From a virus: a DNA stretch of 64,000 bases. The stretch lies in the IMG/VR virus record IMGVR_UViG_3300025383_001098; one strand, written 5' to 3'. A program made the translations under genes and the position numbers. Of this stretch, positions 45,531-55,642 are shown piece by piece (position 1 is the first letter of the stretch; every line of letters begins with the position of its first letter). Below the pieces are notes generated by a model that was not told where the DNA came from, did no database searches, and saw only the letters and a list, made by a program, of their open reading frames with translations.

Positions 45531-45749
45531 TTAAGCGTAGCTGTCTGATTGAGCAACTACGATAGGTTCTGGATTAACAGATTGTACAGAGTGTACTAAT
45601 TGATTATGTTCGTTATAGATTTTAGCGGCATGGTGATCGCCATTGTTAACGAATTCCATTGCTTCGGCTAAACTATCAAATGCTGCAGCAATAGTGTCTA
45701 ACTGACCATTAACCCATTTATGTAATTTTACTCTATGTTTTTTAGACAT
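45531..45749 (-). CDS. hypothetical protein
   Basis: AAGGA SD before the ATG of MSKKHRVK. Confidence 0.6.
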   Translation of the reverse strand: MSKKHRVKLHKWVNGQLDTIAAAFDSLAEAMEFVNNGDHHAAKIYNEHNQLVHSVQSVNPEPIVVAQSDSYA

Positions 45750-45762
45750 GATTATTATCCTT

Positions 45763-46815
45763 TTAAGTAAAGTATTTAGCCCAAGTTTTGCGTGTTGCAT
45801 CGGTGTAAGCTGTTAAACTCCATTGATTGGATTTGACATTTATACGGGGCCAATTATAGGATAATTCTAATTTTCGAGCAATATCTGCACTACTATTAGG
45901 ATCTGCACAGAACCCATGTACTGCCCAGGGAATTTCTTCTGCTGTGCCAATAAGCGGAACACCTTGACTAATAATGTCAGCACCTACAATATTAAATGTC
46001 TCACTAAAACTTACCTGCATGCCTATGTCCATTTGTCCGCATAATTCTAAGAACTGCTCACGTGGAGTCCACTGATGATTAACAAGTTCGTGTCCATGAT
46101 CTGAAATCTGCTGGAATAGGCCTTTTAGATTGTTTAATGCTGGACCGCCTTGCATTTCAATGCGTCCTGCGTTAACGTGAAATCGTAATCGTTTACCAAT
46201 TTTCTCAGCAAATTCCATAGCACCAAATGCCTGTAGTAAATGATTTTTAAGTGGGCGTACTGCACCAAAGCAACCAATATCTACCCAATCTTTATTGCGG
46301 TTGAATTTTTTTGTTTTATATTCTTGTGGATAAAAGTTAGGAAGATATATTACACGCTCTTCGGTTGTTTTATCATCCCACTGATTTAAGTGTTGTAAGT
46401 ATAACCGTGTCTCACGTAACATACGTGGTGCATTACAGGCAATAACAATGTTGTCAAAACGACTATAATCGCCCAACCAATCCATTGCGTTACCTTCACC
46501 GGCCATGAATGGCATTTCTGAGTGTAGGCGAATAATCCAGGTTACTCCAGGATGTAATCGTTGTAATACTGTAAATTTACTTGGAACTACCCAAAGTGCC
46601 TCAATGATACAATGTGTGGGCTTATGAGCAGTTACTAAACGGTCGATGCAATTATTATCAATGGCAACTTCTAAAACGCTGTCAATATTTGATTCTGTTA
46701 ACATATTGTTAACAAAGCTGGCAGAATTAAATAGGCCTGTTGATAAGCCTATGTGAGAATGCAAGACTGCTTGATAGTCTTCTCGACGTTTTAGAATGAA
46801 TAATACTTTGGACAC
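45763..46815 (-). CDS. putative GT-B glycosyltransferase
   Basis: IGCFGAVRPLKN and SETFNIVGADII (GT4-like E-x7-E/D). Confidence 0.65.
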   Translation of the reverse strand: MSKVLFILKRREDYQAVLHSHIGLSTGLFNSASFVNNMLTESNIDSVLEVAIDNNCIDRLVTAHKPTHCIIEALWVVPSKFTVLQRLHPGVTWIIRLHSEMPFMAGEGNAMDWLGDYSRFDNIVIACNAPRMLRETRLYLQHLNQWDDKTTEERVIYLPNFYPQEYKTKKFNRNKDWVDIGCFGAVRPLKNHLLQAFGAMEFAEKIGKRLRFHVNAGRIEMQGGPALNNLKGLFQQISDHGHELVNHQWTPREQFLELCGQMDIGMQVSFSETFNIVGADIISQGVPLIGTAEEIPWAVHGFCADPNSSADIARKLELSYNWPRINVKSNQWSLTAYTDATRKTWAKYFT

Positions 46816-46868
46816 AGGTCACCTTATTGATTTAACACATCTATTTATCAAAAAGTGATTTTTAAAAT

Positions 46869-46886
46869 ATTACAATTAGATTAACC
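46869..46886 (-). promoter_or_regulatory. Pho-box-like direct repeat
   Basis: Minus strand GGTTAAT-CTAA-TTGTAAT upstream of the GT-desaturase operon. Confidence 0.35.
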
Positions 46887-47210
46887 AGTGCCGCCTGATG
46901 CTTCTTGTTCGTCTGAAGTTGTAGTTTTGTCTACTTTGTTGATCTGTTTCTCGGCTTCAACACGTTCGTGTTCGATAGTTTTACCACGTAGATGTAAAAC
47001 TGTGTTGACCTTTTGATTTAAACGGATAAGATCGTTATCCAACATGCGGATACGATCAATAAGAGCAATAAGAACTGTATTGGCGTCAGAGATAACTGGC
47101 TTAACTTCTGTCGTGGCCCACTTCCAAACATAGTGGATAATGTAGCCCATGCCAACTGCCATAACAATCGGAAAGCCATACTTATTAACTAACTCTGCTA
47201 TATCGCCCAT
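46881..47210 (-). CDS. small membrane protein, holin-like (TM + coiled coil)
   Basis: KYGFPIVMAVGMGYII; LIDRIRMLDNDLIRL. Confidence 0.65.
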   Translation of the reverse strand: MGDIAELVNKYGFPIVMAVGMGYIIHYVWKWATTEVKPVISDANTVLIALIDRIRMLDNDLIRLNQKVNTVLHLRGKTIEHERVEAEKQINKVDKTTTSDEQEASGGTG

Positions 47211-47219
47211 AATTTATCC

Positions 47220-47810
47220 TTAGAACCAAAGCAATACACCTTGGCTACTTAATAGTACGCCAAGACCTGCTACTAAAAAGCTGGACCAGAACAGGCTCAT
47301 GCTAACAGCTAAGATACTTGCTGATAACAATACGATTGCCATTTGATATGCAGTTGACGCATAACCAATCCAAGGGCTACGCTTCTTAGCTTCGTCACGA
47401 TCGTGTTCTAACTTTTGTGCCTTGGCTAATAATTCTTTCTTGCCTTCGCCAGACTTAGGGTCACTTTCGTAACGTTCGATCTTGGCTGTCATTTCTGCTA
47501 CACGAGCCCGGTCGCCAGCTTTCTGTGCATCATACAATGATTGCTCTGCCAGCGATTGCTTAATCGACTTGGCCTGATAGAAACTGTAAACGTCGTTGGC
47601 TTTGATTGTATTGTTTAATACTGTAGAACTTAGAGAGCCGCCGTACCAAGCATTAACCGCAAGTAATAACGCAAACACGTTAATAACCATACCTGCTTTG
47701 TCTTTGATCTTTGCTTCACGTTCTGAACGTGAGCCCACCGGAGGCTTAGGTGCGTCGGGATCTTTTGGTGTTTTATTGATTAAGTTTAACACTGAGTCTA
47801 ATAATGCCAT
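47220..47810 (-). CDS. DUF4337-like membrane protein
   Basis: TM, YSFYQAKSIKQ, coiled coil, QMAIVLLSASIL, TM. Confidence 0.7.
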   Translation of the reverse strand: MALLDSVLNLINKTPKDPDAPKPPVGSRSEREAKIKDKAGMVINVFALLLAVNAWYGGSLSSTVLNNTIKANDVYSFYQAKSIKQSLAEQSLYDAQKAGDRARVAEMTAKIERYESDPKSGEGKKELLAKAQKLEHDRDEAKKRSPWIGYASTAYQMAIVLLSASILAVSMSLFWSSFLVAGLGVLLSSQGVLLWF

Positions 47811-47935
47811 TATAATATTACTCCTATAATAATTCCTATTGTAAACGCTATAAGCGCATACTTAATTAAGTCTTTGTCTGTCCAAATTTGTTGATCTAAG
47901 GGATATTTCCCTGGGTTCCATTTTAAATTACTCAT
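47810..47935 (-). CDS. small membrane peptide (41 aa, not in ORF track)
   Basis: MSNLKWNPGKYPLDQQIWTDKDLIKYALIAFTIGIIIGVIL; coupled at both ends. Confidence 0.5.
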   Translation of the reverse strand: MSNLKWNPGKYPLDQQIWTDKDLIKYALIAFTIGIIIGVIL

Positions 47936-48116
47936 TGCCAAATCCTCTTGCAAATTTTTCAATTGGGTCTATTTTTTTAAGTAATCTTGTTCCGCTTTCG
48001 GTAATTACTAATTTAAACATATCCCCTTCTTTCCATCCCAGATTATTAACAGGAAGTTCGTCGTCTAATTTAAGATAGTTAGGGCATAAATCCCACTCGT
48101 AATCTAAATGCAACAT
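47928..48116 (-). CDS. AbrB/MazE-like small protein
   Basis: LKLDDELP..LGWKEGDMFKL swapped-hairpin pattern. Confidence 0.5.
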   Translation of the reverse strand: MLHLDYEWDLCPNYLKLDDELPVNNLGWKEGDMFKLVITESGTRLLKKIDPIEKFARGFGNE

Positions 48117-48397
48117 TAATCTCTCCTTGCGTCGTTTTTGCCATCGGCACGACTAATACGTTCTACGTCTGGACGTAAACCAAGTGCGTTTGATACAACG
48201 GTATCGATACGGATTACATCATGGTTCATGGTTTTTACACGATTATCAAGTGCTGTGATAATACCGGCCATGCCTTTAATACTGCCCAGCACTCCGCCTA
48301 ATAGTAGTTTAATGGTAAGAAATATAAAGTATCCGCCTGCGAGTGCAGCGGCAACTGGCATACCAAGATCACCAATGATTTTGAAAATATCGCCCAT
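48116..48397 (-). CDS. small membrane protein, holin-like; paralogue of 46881-47210
   Basis: DLGMPVAAALAGGYFIF; LDNRVKTMNHDVIRID; AAGGAG SD. Confidence 0.65.
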   Translation of the reverse strand: MGDIFKIIGDLGMPVAAALAGGYFIFLTIKLLLGGVLGSIKGMAGIITALDNRVKTMNHDVIRIDTVVSNALGLRPDVERISRADGKNDARRD

Positions 48398-48435
48398 AAA
48401 AGCTCCTTGAAAATTCTTATTATTGTTTCAAGTAT

Positions 48436-49683
48436 TTATTGGGCAAGACGCTTTTTTACTTCCTCAAAGTGTGTGGGTGGCAGGTCAACTCGTTGATGAT
48501 GTCTACTGTGATTTCCAGGTATACGGCCGTGGTTAATTCTGTTTAATATACCCTCAAAATTATCAACTAATTCGTTAACAATAAGATCCTTAAATTTGCC
48601 ATAGAAATGTTGATGATTGTATTCTAAAATCTCTTTCATTTCAGAATGCATTTGTTTTAAAGCATCGGGCGACAACTCACATAAGCGTTGAATTTCTGCT
48701 GTAATTTTTTCTATGCGTATATAATGATCTGTTTCTTCGTCGTAACTTTCGTCAATCCACTGATCAAATGTACGAAACCCGTAGCTCTTTAAATAGGCAA
48801 GATTACCCGGAGCCGCCGCAAGTATAAAAGGACGACGTGCAACAATGGGCTTAAAAACTTTTTCAGTTAAATGTAACTTGGGCAAGAAATAAACAGTTTC
48901 AGTAACCACGTGCCAAAGTACGCTGGTTAACTCGTTAATGTCAACATTGGCACTCATTGAACCTGTAGGAGTATCGGTGTCAATTATTAGTGGACCGCTT
49001 AGTTGACTTAATGCTGATGTAATTTTTGCTCTTGCACGATCGTCCAGTGGCGTTGCTGGATCTTCAACAGAATCTTGCCACGTACCTAAATTATCGCTTA
49101 GGAACAGGCTAACCCGCCCATGTTTGATTAAATCTTGATTAATTAGATTGCTGACAAGATGTAAGCGATAGGAACGATATTTTGATATTAAATGATTGTA
49201 ACATATAAATACTTTATCAAATTGATCAAAGACCGTTGGGTTTACATATTGAAAATCTCTATACCAATCTAAAGCTGCAAACCCGTGAAAGAAATAATAC
49301 CAATTATAGTAATTATTTGATCGAATATACTCATCTAATAAGTCAGATTTTTCACTATTAGCCAATATCATAAATGCCCTGGGCCCAGTATAATCATCAA
49401 TAAAGGTAATTAGTTTATTATCTTTAGCAACTGCTTTAGTATACTCATAAAATGGTTCTTGATCAAAGAAATAGCAATGTAGAAGACTTTGTCTTATCAA
49501 TGGTATAGTGTGAAATGCAAATACTTCAGTTGATGAATTTTGTTTACCAACAGGATCGTTTGTATAAATTAATGTACTATCGTAAGTGCCAAAAGGATGA
49601 AATGCTACCGAACTTGCATTAAGAGGTAGCGGATCAATTAAATTATTGTGTATAATGTCGTAAAATCTATCTAAGGAAAACAT
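48436..49683 (-). CDS. putative glycosyltransferase (GT10-like motif), paralogue 3
   Basis: HVVTETV...HLTEKVFKPI, YGFRTFDQWIDESYD. Confidence 0.55.
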   Translation of the reverse strand: MFSLDRFYDIIHNNLIDPLPLNASSVAFHPFGTYDSTLIYTNDPVGKQNSSTEVFAFHTIPLIRQSLLHCYFFDQEPFYEYTKAVAKDNKLITFIDDYTGPRAFMILANSEKSDLLDEYIRSNNYYNWYYFFHGFAALDWYRDFQYVNPTVFDQFDKVFICYNHLISKYRSYRLHLVSNLINQDLIKHGRVSLFLSDNLGTWQDSVEDPATPLDDRARAKITSALSQLSGPLIIDTDTPTGSMSANVDINELTSVLWHVVTETVYFLPKLHLTEKVFKPIVARRPFILAAAPGNLAYLKSYGFRTFDQWIDESYDEETDHYIRIEKITAEIQRLCELSPDALKQMHSEMKEILEYNHQHFYGKFKDLIVNELVDNFEGILNRINHGRIPGNHSRHHQRVDLPPTHFEEVKKRLAQ

Positions 49684-49686
49684 CGA

Positions 49687-50907
49687 ATGAACGTAGGCTT
49701 TATTGGAATTGGTAAATTAGGAATGGCTTGTGCTGAAACTATGGCAAGCAAACATAATGTAACTGGTTATGATATTTACCCTAAAACAAGTGACAAGATT
49801 AAAATTGCTACCACTTTAGAAGAAGCTGTAACAGGAAAAGAATTAATTTTTATTGCTGTAGAAACACCACACGATCCCATTTATGGCGGCGAACAACCAA
49901 TTACTCATTTAAAAAATAAAGACTTTGACTATACTGTAGTAAATCAAGTATTAGCAGATGTAAATCAATATGTAAATAAAGACCAACTTGTAGTATTAAT
50001 CTCCACAGTTCTCCCTGGCACTACACGGCGTGAATTGAAGACACACATTACCAACGCTCGTTTCATTTACAATCCTTACCTCATCGCAATGGGATCAGTT
50101 GAATGGGACATGGTTAACCCAGAGATGGTTATCATTGGTACAGAAGATGGTAGCGAAACAGGCGATGCGAAATTGCTGACCGACTTCTATAAAACATTAA
50201 TGGAAAACAATCCACGTTACGTAGTGGGCACGTGGGACGAAGCGGAATGTATTAAAGTATTTTACAACACATTTATTTCAGCAAAGATAGGTCTCGTTAA
50301 TATGATACAGGATGTTGCTGTTCGGCAAGGCAACATCAATGTAGACGTAGTAACCTCAGCATTAGCACAGAGCACAATGCGTATTATGGGACCAAAGTAT
50401 ATGACAGCAGGAATGGGAGATGCAGGGCCATGTCATCCTCGTGATAACATTGCCTTGCGTTACCTTGCAGAAAACTTAGATTTGGGTTATGACATCTTTG
50501 ATACTATCATGAAAGCACGTGAAATTCAAGCAAAGAACATGGCACGTTTTATCTACGACAACAGAGAAGGTATGCCAGTGTATATTCATGGCAAAGCCTA
50601 CAAGCCCGATGTAGCATACTTAGAAGGTAGCTACAGTTTGTTAGTAGGCTACTACCTAAAGGAAATGGGCATTGATCCCGTCTACATTGATCCTTTAACA
50701 GAAGAATCAAATCCAAGGACTATTAAAGGTTGTGTGTTATTGGCACATAATAAAAAAGTTACCTATGGATATGCGGGAGTTAGTGAAACACAAGAATTAT
50801 ATTGTACATTAGAACCTTATAGTATTGTAATAGACCCGTGGAGAACTTACACAACACCTAACCAATATATAAAAGTAATCCATTATGGCAACACGCGAGT
50901 ACAATAA
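49687..50907 (+). CDS. ugd: UDP-glucose/GDP-mannose dehydrogenase family protein
   Basis: GIGKLG, STVLPGTT, AECIKVFYNTF, GDAGPCHPRD, GKAYKPD. Confidence 0.88.
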   Translation: MNVGFIGIGKLGMACAETMASKHNVTGYDIYPKTSDKIKIATTLEEAVTGKELIFIAVETPHDPIYGGEQPITHLKNKDFDYTVVNQVLADVNQYVNKDQLVVLISTVLPGTTRRELKTHITNARFIYNPYLIAMGSVEWDMVNPEMVIIGTEDGSETGDAKLLTDFYKTLMENNPRYVVGTWDEAECIKVFYNTFISAKIGLVNMIQDVAVRQGNINVDVVTSALAQSTMRIMGPKYMTAGMGDAGPCHPRDNIALRYLAENLDLGYDIFDTIMKAREIQAKNMARFIYDNREGMPVYIHGKAYKPDVAYLEGSYSLLVGYYLKEMGIDPVYIDPLTEESNPRTIKGCVLLAHNKKVTYGYAGVSETQELYCTLEPYSIVIDPWRTYTTPNQYIKVIHYGNTRVQ

Positions 50908-51403
50908 ATTTTTCATTACTCCTTTCTGGACCGACAGTTACAAAACACTTGATTACACACGTGAGGATTTTAATGATCCCGAATCTGTAGCTCGTTGGTT
51001 AGCCGAAGGATATGAAAATAATTTTGTTGGGGATATGTGCGATATGCGTAGTCCACAACCAGTCTGGAATGACCGTGTCATTCGTACATTTCAACGTTTT
51101 GGGTGGAAGGACATTGGCACCAGCTACTATCGTATGATGCCGGGCACCGTGCTACCCACACACTCAGATCTTTATAAAAAGTATATAGATCTTTTCAATC
51201 TGCAGGGGCTTGAAACTACAATTAGACGTGCTATTATATTTTTAGAAGACTGGGCTCCGGGACATTTAAGCGAAGTTGCTGGAGATGTACTAACAGAATG
51301 GCAAGCTGGCACAGTAATTGAATGGCCCTACAATACTCCTCACATGGCTGGTAATCGAGGTACAGTTCCCAGATATACTCTACAGGTCACAGGACACTTA
51401 TGA
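50885..51403 (+). CDS. 2OG-Fe(II) oxygenase-like (AspH-type cupin)
   Basis: MPGTVLPTHSD ... PHMAGNRG..PRYTLQVTG. Confidence 0.75.
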   Translation: MATREYNKFFITPFWTDSYKTLDYTREDFNDPESVARWLAEGYENNFVGDMCDMRSPQPVWNDRVIRTFQRFGWKDIGTSYYRMMPGTVLPTHSDLYKKYIDLFNLQGLETTIRRAIIFLEDWAPGHLSEVAGDVLTEWQAGTVIEWPYNTPHMAGNRGTVPRYTLQVTGHL

Positions 51404-52314
51404 TCAGCACCTATAATGAGTGGGATCCTCTAAAACGTGTAGTAGTAGGCATAGCCGATTATGCAAATTGGCCAACCAACGATCCAGTATTTGCTCTGGA
51501 AAGTGAAAAAACACTTTGGAAAGAAACTCCAGTTCCCAGCGGCCCGGTGCCACAGCATATTATCGATGAAGCCAATATAGATTTAAACATTTTAGCATCG
51601 ACTCTGGAAAGAATGAACATTGATGTTTGGCGCCCTGGTGTGATGAATTTCCAAGAAATTGGCGGTATGTATAACTATTGCCCACGCGATAGACTGTTAA
51701 TCTATGGAGATACAGTAGTAGATACTGCTATGATGTATCCTTGTAGAAATGTTGAAAGCGAAGCATTGTTTCACGTTACAAGTGTTGCTCGAGATGTAAT
51801 TTACATGCCCAGGAACGAAGGCATGATTCTTGATGCAGCTAACGTATGTAGACTAAATGATACTTGGCTATATCTTGAATCACCATCGGGTAACCGCCAG
51901 GCTTATAATTGGCTACGTGAACAATTCCCCGATGTTAAAATAGAATTATGTAATTTTTACAGTGGTGTACACATTGACAGTACCATAGTTCCTTTACGCG
52001 AAGGATTAGTCATGTTAAACGCCAGCAGGGTCAATGACAGTAATTGCCCCCGGGTGTTTAAATCCTGGGAGAAGATCTATGTTGAAGATGTAGTTCCCCA
52101 GAATTTTTATCAATATCCCTATGCAAGTAAATGGATTGCAATGAACATGTTGGTTGTAGATCCTAATACTGTTATTGTAGATGCTGCACAATCTGCTCTT
52201 ATAAAACTGTTACTCAAACACAAATTTGAAGTAATTCCTCTCAGTCTCAGACACAGTAGAACCTTAGGTGGCGGTTTCCATTGTGTGACATTAGATTTAG
52301 AACGCCGAATTTAA
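51400..52314 (+). CDS. amidinotransferase (glycine/inosamine-phosphate type)
   Basis: YNEWDPLKRVVVG, YCPRD, DAAN, HIDST, GGGFHCVTLDL. Confidence 0.9.
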   Translation: MISTYNEWDPLKRVVVGIADYANWPTNDPVFALESEKTLWKETPVPSGPVPQHIIDEANIDLNILASTLERMNIDVWRPGVMNFQEIGGMYNYCPRDRLLIYGDTVVDTAMMYPCRNVESEALFHVTSVARDVIYMPRNEGMILDAANVCRLNDTWLYLESPSGNRQAYNWLREQFPDVKIELCNFYSGVHIDSTIVPLREGLVMLNASRVNDSNCPRVFKSWEKIYVEDVVPQNFYQYPYASKWIAMNMLVVDPNTVIVDAAQSALIKLLLKHKFEVIPLSLRHSRTLGGGFHCVTLDLERRI

Positions 52315-52346
52315 TAAATATTTTACAATTAAATAGGGTTTATTGA

Positions 52347-53084
52347 ATGCCGACGTTTTCTAAGATATCTGATGCTAATCTATTAGCTTTTAAAAACAAT
52401 TCTCGACAAGCAGAAGTCGTAGCAAAAAAACAAGAAATACTTGACAGTATCTCTGCCTCTCATAATATAACTCCGACATCAGCATTATTTGTTGGATTTA
52501 GCAGTTTTGTACTTGCTGATTTTGCTGAAAAAATTTATATAACCAAAATTGGCACAGATGTGCAAGATTACTTAAAAAGTCAGAACATTGACTTTGAATA
52601 CATTTCTGACGCCGATTTAGAAAAATACCATAAAGCATTTCAAGTAGTTGTTGCTGTTGATGAATACTTTACCTATGCCACGGATGATCAGGATCAAAAA
52701 GATACTGTGGCAGAAATTTGTGACCTCGCCCAGGATCTTGTCATAACTACATTAAGAGACTATAAAAATCAAGACTACAAAGATCGAGAATTTAGCCAAC
52801 CAAGTTTGGTTAGAAACGATAAAGATAGTTTGATATTTTTGGAAAGTCATGTGTGGAATCCAAAAGATCGCGCTCAGTGGGACAGCATAATTTATGCTAT
52901 ATCACAGGCCACTAACGGTTTAACTACATTTGGTAAGTTTGATAGACATACTATGTATTTTAAACAGTTGGCTAATTTCAGTGCTACAGCAGGCGCCACA
53001 GACTTTTTAGTTCATAAAAACTTAATGTATAAGGGACTGGTCAAGAAAAATTACGAACACGTAATTACTATTAAATTCGATTAA
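52347..53084 (+). CDS. hypothetical protein, possibly degenerate SAM-methyltransferase fold
   Basis: ALFVGF motif-I-like strand; FQVVVAVDEYFTY; ITTLRDY. Confidence 0.4.
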   Translation: MPTFSKISDANLLAFKNNSRQAEVVAKKQEILDSISASHNITPTSALFVGFSSFVLADFAEKIYITKIGTDVQDYLKSQNIDFEYISDADLEKYHKAFQVVVAVDEYFTYATDDQDQKDTVAEICDLAQDLVITTLRDYKNQDYKDREFSQPSLVRNDKDSLIFLESHVWNPKDRAQWDSIIYAISQATNGLTTFGKFDRHTMYFKQLANFSATAGATDFLVHKNLMYKGLVKKNYEHVITIKFD

Positions 53085-53095
53085 AATGGTATTCA

Positions 53096-54328
53096 ATGGC
53101 ACTCAATGAAAGTTTTGGAAACTTAGTAGACGACATAACAAAACAGATTTTAGAACAAGTACAGAGTCAGGTACAAGGTTCGATCTCTGATGTTATCACA
53201 CGTCGTATAAATGAGTTACTTACCCCAGAGGTAATTAACACAATCATTACCTCGCAGGTTACTCAACAGATTACAAATTTTCAGCCAGACTTAACTCAAT
53301 TTGAACAAAGAATCATTGAAGCTGGCGATAGAATTATCAACACAATTAATACAGATTCGACCAACAAGATTAATGAACTTATTGTTAATAAAATCAACGG
53401 TATTAATTTAGAAGAGTTGGCAAGAACTTTTTTAGATAACAATTTAAATTCTACAGGAAAACATTTAGCATTAGTAGACAATGCTATTCCCGGCCGGGCA
53501 ATTAACACAGCAACATTAAAAATCACCGGAGACAATATTGATGGTGGCACGGTTGCTAACTTTGCCAGTACCGGCATTGATGATAAAGCAACTACTTGTC
53601 AGCTAACAATAATGGATGCTGGTACAGTATTTGAAAATACATTATATGCTCCACGAGTTGAAATCAAAGGCAACGCTCTCATTGATGGCGATTTAATTAT
53701 CACTGGTGAAATTCCTAAGAGTAGTCAAACTTATCAAAATATTATTGCTGACGTTAGTACTATTGCTGAAGCCACTCACGATCGTATACTAACAAGATTA
53801 CAAACAGAAAGTTTAGATGTTGCTCGTTTAACTCTGGGCCAAGTTCCAGTAATTGAAGGAAATACTCTGTCTGGCGTGATCCTTAACAGCAGACTTCAAA
53901 CAGTCGGTCAATTAAAAGATTTACAGACACAAGGTGAAACTTTACTAAGCGAAACGTTATATACATCAAATCGTCGTGTTGGGGTTAACACCATGGATCC
54001 TACAACTGCCTTGAGTATTTGGGATGAAGAAATTGAAATAGGCATTGGCAAACAAAGTTCAAATACAGCACAGCTCGGAACCCCAAGAGAGCAGAGTCTG
54101 GTGTTAAGTAGTAACAAACAAAAAAACATTACACTGACCGCAGACGGAACCGCCGTAATACCAAAACTACAAATTGGTAATATGGCATTTTCCAGTGCAG
54201 CAACTCCTCCCAGTTATAATGCTCCTAAGGGCACAGTGGTCTTTAATGAAAATCCAAGCCTTGGTGGTCCATTAGGATGGGTATCACTTGGTGATGCACG
54301 TTGGGCTAATTTTGGTATTATAGATTAA
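53096..54328 (+). CDS. putative tail fibre/spike-related protein
   Basis: Helical N-terminus; VGVNTMDP repeat; C-terminal KGTVVFNENP..GGPLGWV....W..FG. Confidence 0.6.
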   Translation: MALNESFGNLVDDITKQILEQVQSQVQGSISDVITRRINELLTPEVINTIITSQVTQQITNFQPDLTQFEQRIIEAGDRIINTINTDSTNKINELIVNKINGINLEELARTFLDNNLNSTGKHLALVDNAIPGRAINTATLKITGDNIDGGTVANFASTGIDDKATTCQLTIMDAGTVFENTLYAPRVEIKGNALIDGDLIITGEIPKSSQTYQNIIADVSTIAEATHDRILTRLQTESLDVARLTLGQVPVIEGNTLSGVILNSRLQTVGQLKDLQTQGETLLSETLYTSNRRVGVNTMDPTTALSIWDEEIEIGIGKQSSNTAQLGTPREQSLVLSSNKQKNITLTADGTAVIPKLQIGNMAFSSAATPPSYNAPKGTVVFNENPSLGGPLGWVSLGDARWANFGIID

Positions 54329-54331
54329 TCA

Positions 54332-55642
54332 ATGTTAAAAGATTCTTTTTGTTCCAGTCCCTGGTTCCACCTCCGCCTTACTTACGATGGTAGTTTTGAA
54401 GAATGCCGCTGGTATAAAAAACAAGATGCCGCATCAGTCAACTTAGCATCAACCTCTATAATGGAATTTTACAATCATGATCGTATGCGTCAGTTGCGTA
54501 CAGACTTGCTTGATGGTAAAAAGCCTGCTGGGTGTTCTACTTGCTACTACGAAGATAGTTTTAACAAACTAAGTGGCCGTCGTAGACAGCTATTAAAAAG
54601 CGGAATTACTGATAAAGATTTTGCTCTTACCGCTCGTAGTAGTCCGCACTATGATAAATTTGTTGATACTTACGACAATGATGGTATTGGTTATTATTAT
54701 CCAACTGATTTACAAATAGATCTTGGCAACACCTGTAATAGTGCCTGCATCATGTGCGATCCGTTTGCCAGCAGTCGCCTACAGCAAGAATACAAAAAAT
54801 TACATCGTATTAATAGTCAATTATTTGTTGAGCCAACTGACTATAAATCTTGGACACAAGATCCTGCAATATTAGAAAAATTTGTCAATGAGCTAACAGC
54901 CATTCCGGACATTAAGTACATACATTTTTTAGGAGGCGAGACTCTATATGATCCTGCATTCTATATAATCTGTGAGCGTCTAATTGAAGTTGGCCTGTCC
55001 AAGGAAATTATTGTTGGAACAACTACCAACGGAACAATATATGATGATCGGTTGGAATATCTAATAAAACAATTCAAAGAGTTTCACTTGGGTATCAGCA
55101 TAGAATCTGTTACAGCGTTAAATGATTACATTAGATATCCGGGGAAGATAGACAATATATTAGCCAATACAGACAAGTTTTTGGAACTAAGAAACAACTC
55201 AAGTCTTTACGTTTCTCTAAGAATAACACCAAACATTTTTACTATCAACGAAATAGATCAATTGTTTGAGTACATGATTGAAAAAAATGTCATTGCTGAA
55301 AGTTGTAATATATTATTTAAGCCCGAGTCATTGCGTATAGAGCTACTGCCAGACAATATACGTATGTCGATTACAACTAAATTAAAAAATTTAATTGAAA
55401 AATATAATTTATCCAAAACAGATCAGGTCAATGTTCGTCGTAGAGATCTGATACCCGATGTTATTGCCAATGTTGTATTAGATTATTATAATTTTATCAC
55501 TACCTACACAGTTCCTGATAATGCAGAAGAACTTAGATATCAATTAGTAGATTTTTTAAAAGCATTTGAACTTAGTAGAAACAACTCGATATTAGATTAT
55601 GCACCCGACTATGAACAATTTCTCCGACATTACGGATATTAA
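54332..55642 (+). CDS. radical SAM protein with N-terminal SPASM/twitch-like Cys motifs
   Basis: CNSACIMC, FLGGE, TTNGT; N-terminal CSSPW..C..CSTC. Confidence 0.9.
   Translation: MLKDSFCSSPWFHLRLTYDGSFEECRWYKKQDAASVNLASTSIMEFYNHDRMRQLRTDLLDGKKPAGCSTCYYEDSFNKLSGRRRQLLKSGITDKDFALTARSSPHYDKFVDTYDNDGIGYYYPTDLQIDLGNTCNSACIMCDPFASSRLQQEYKKLHRINSQLFVEPTDYKSWTQDPAILEKFVNELTAIPDIKYIHFLGGETLYDPAFYIICERLIEVGLSKEIIVGTTTNGTIYDDRLEYLIKQFKEFHLGISIESVTALNDYIRYPGKIDNILANTDKFLELRNNSSLYVSLRITPNIFTINEIDQLFEYMIEKNVIAESCNILFKPESLRIELLPDNIRMSITTKLKNLIEKYNLSKTDQVNVRRRDLIPDVIANVVLDYYNFITTYTVPDNAEELRYQLVDFLKAFELSRNNSILDYAPDYEQFLRHYGY

Noticed and set aside
33702-48397. Bacterial contamination or host chromosome segment
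   Set aside because: Same composition, TAAATA late promoters and tight packing as the flanking phage genes; no junction or integrase visible
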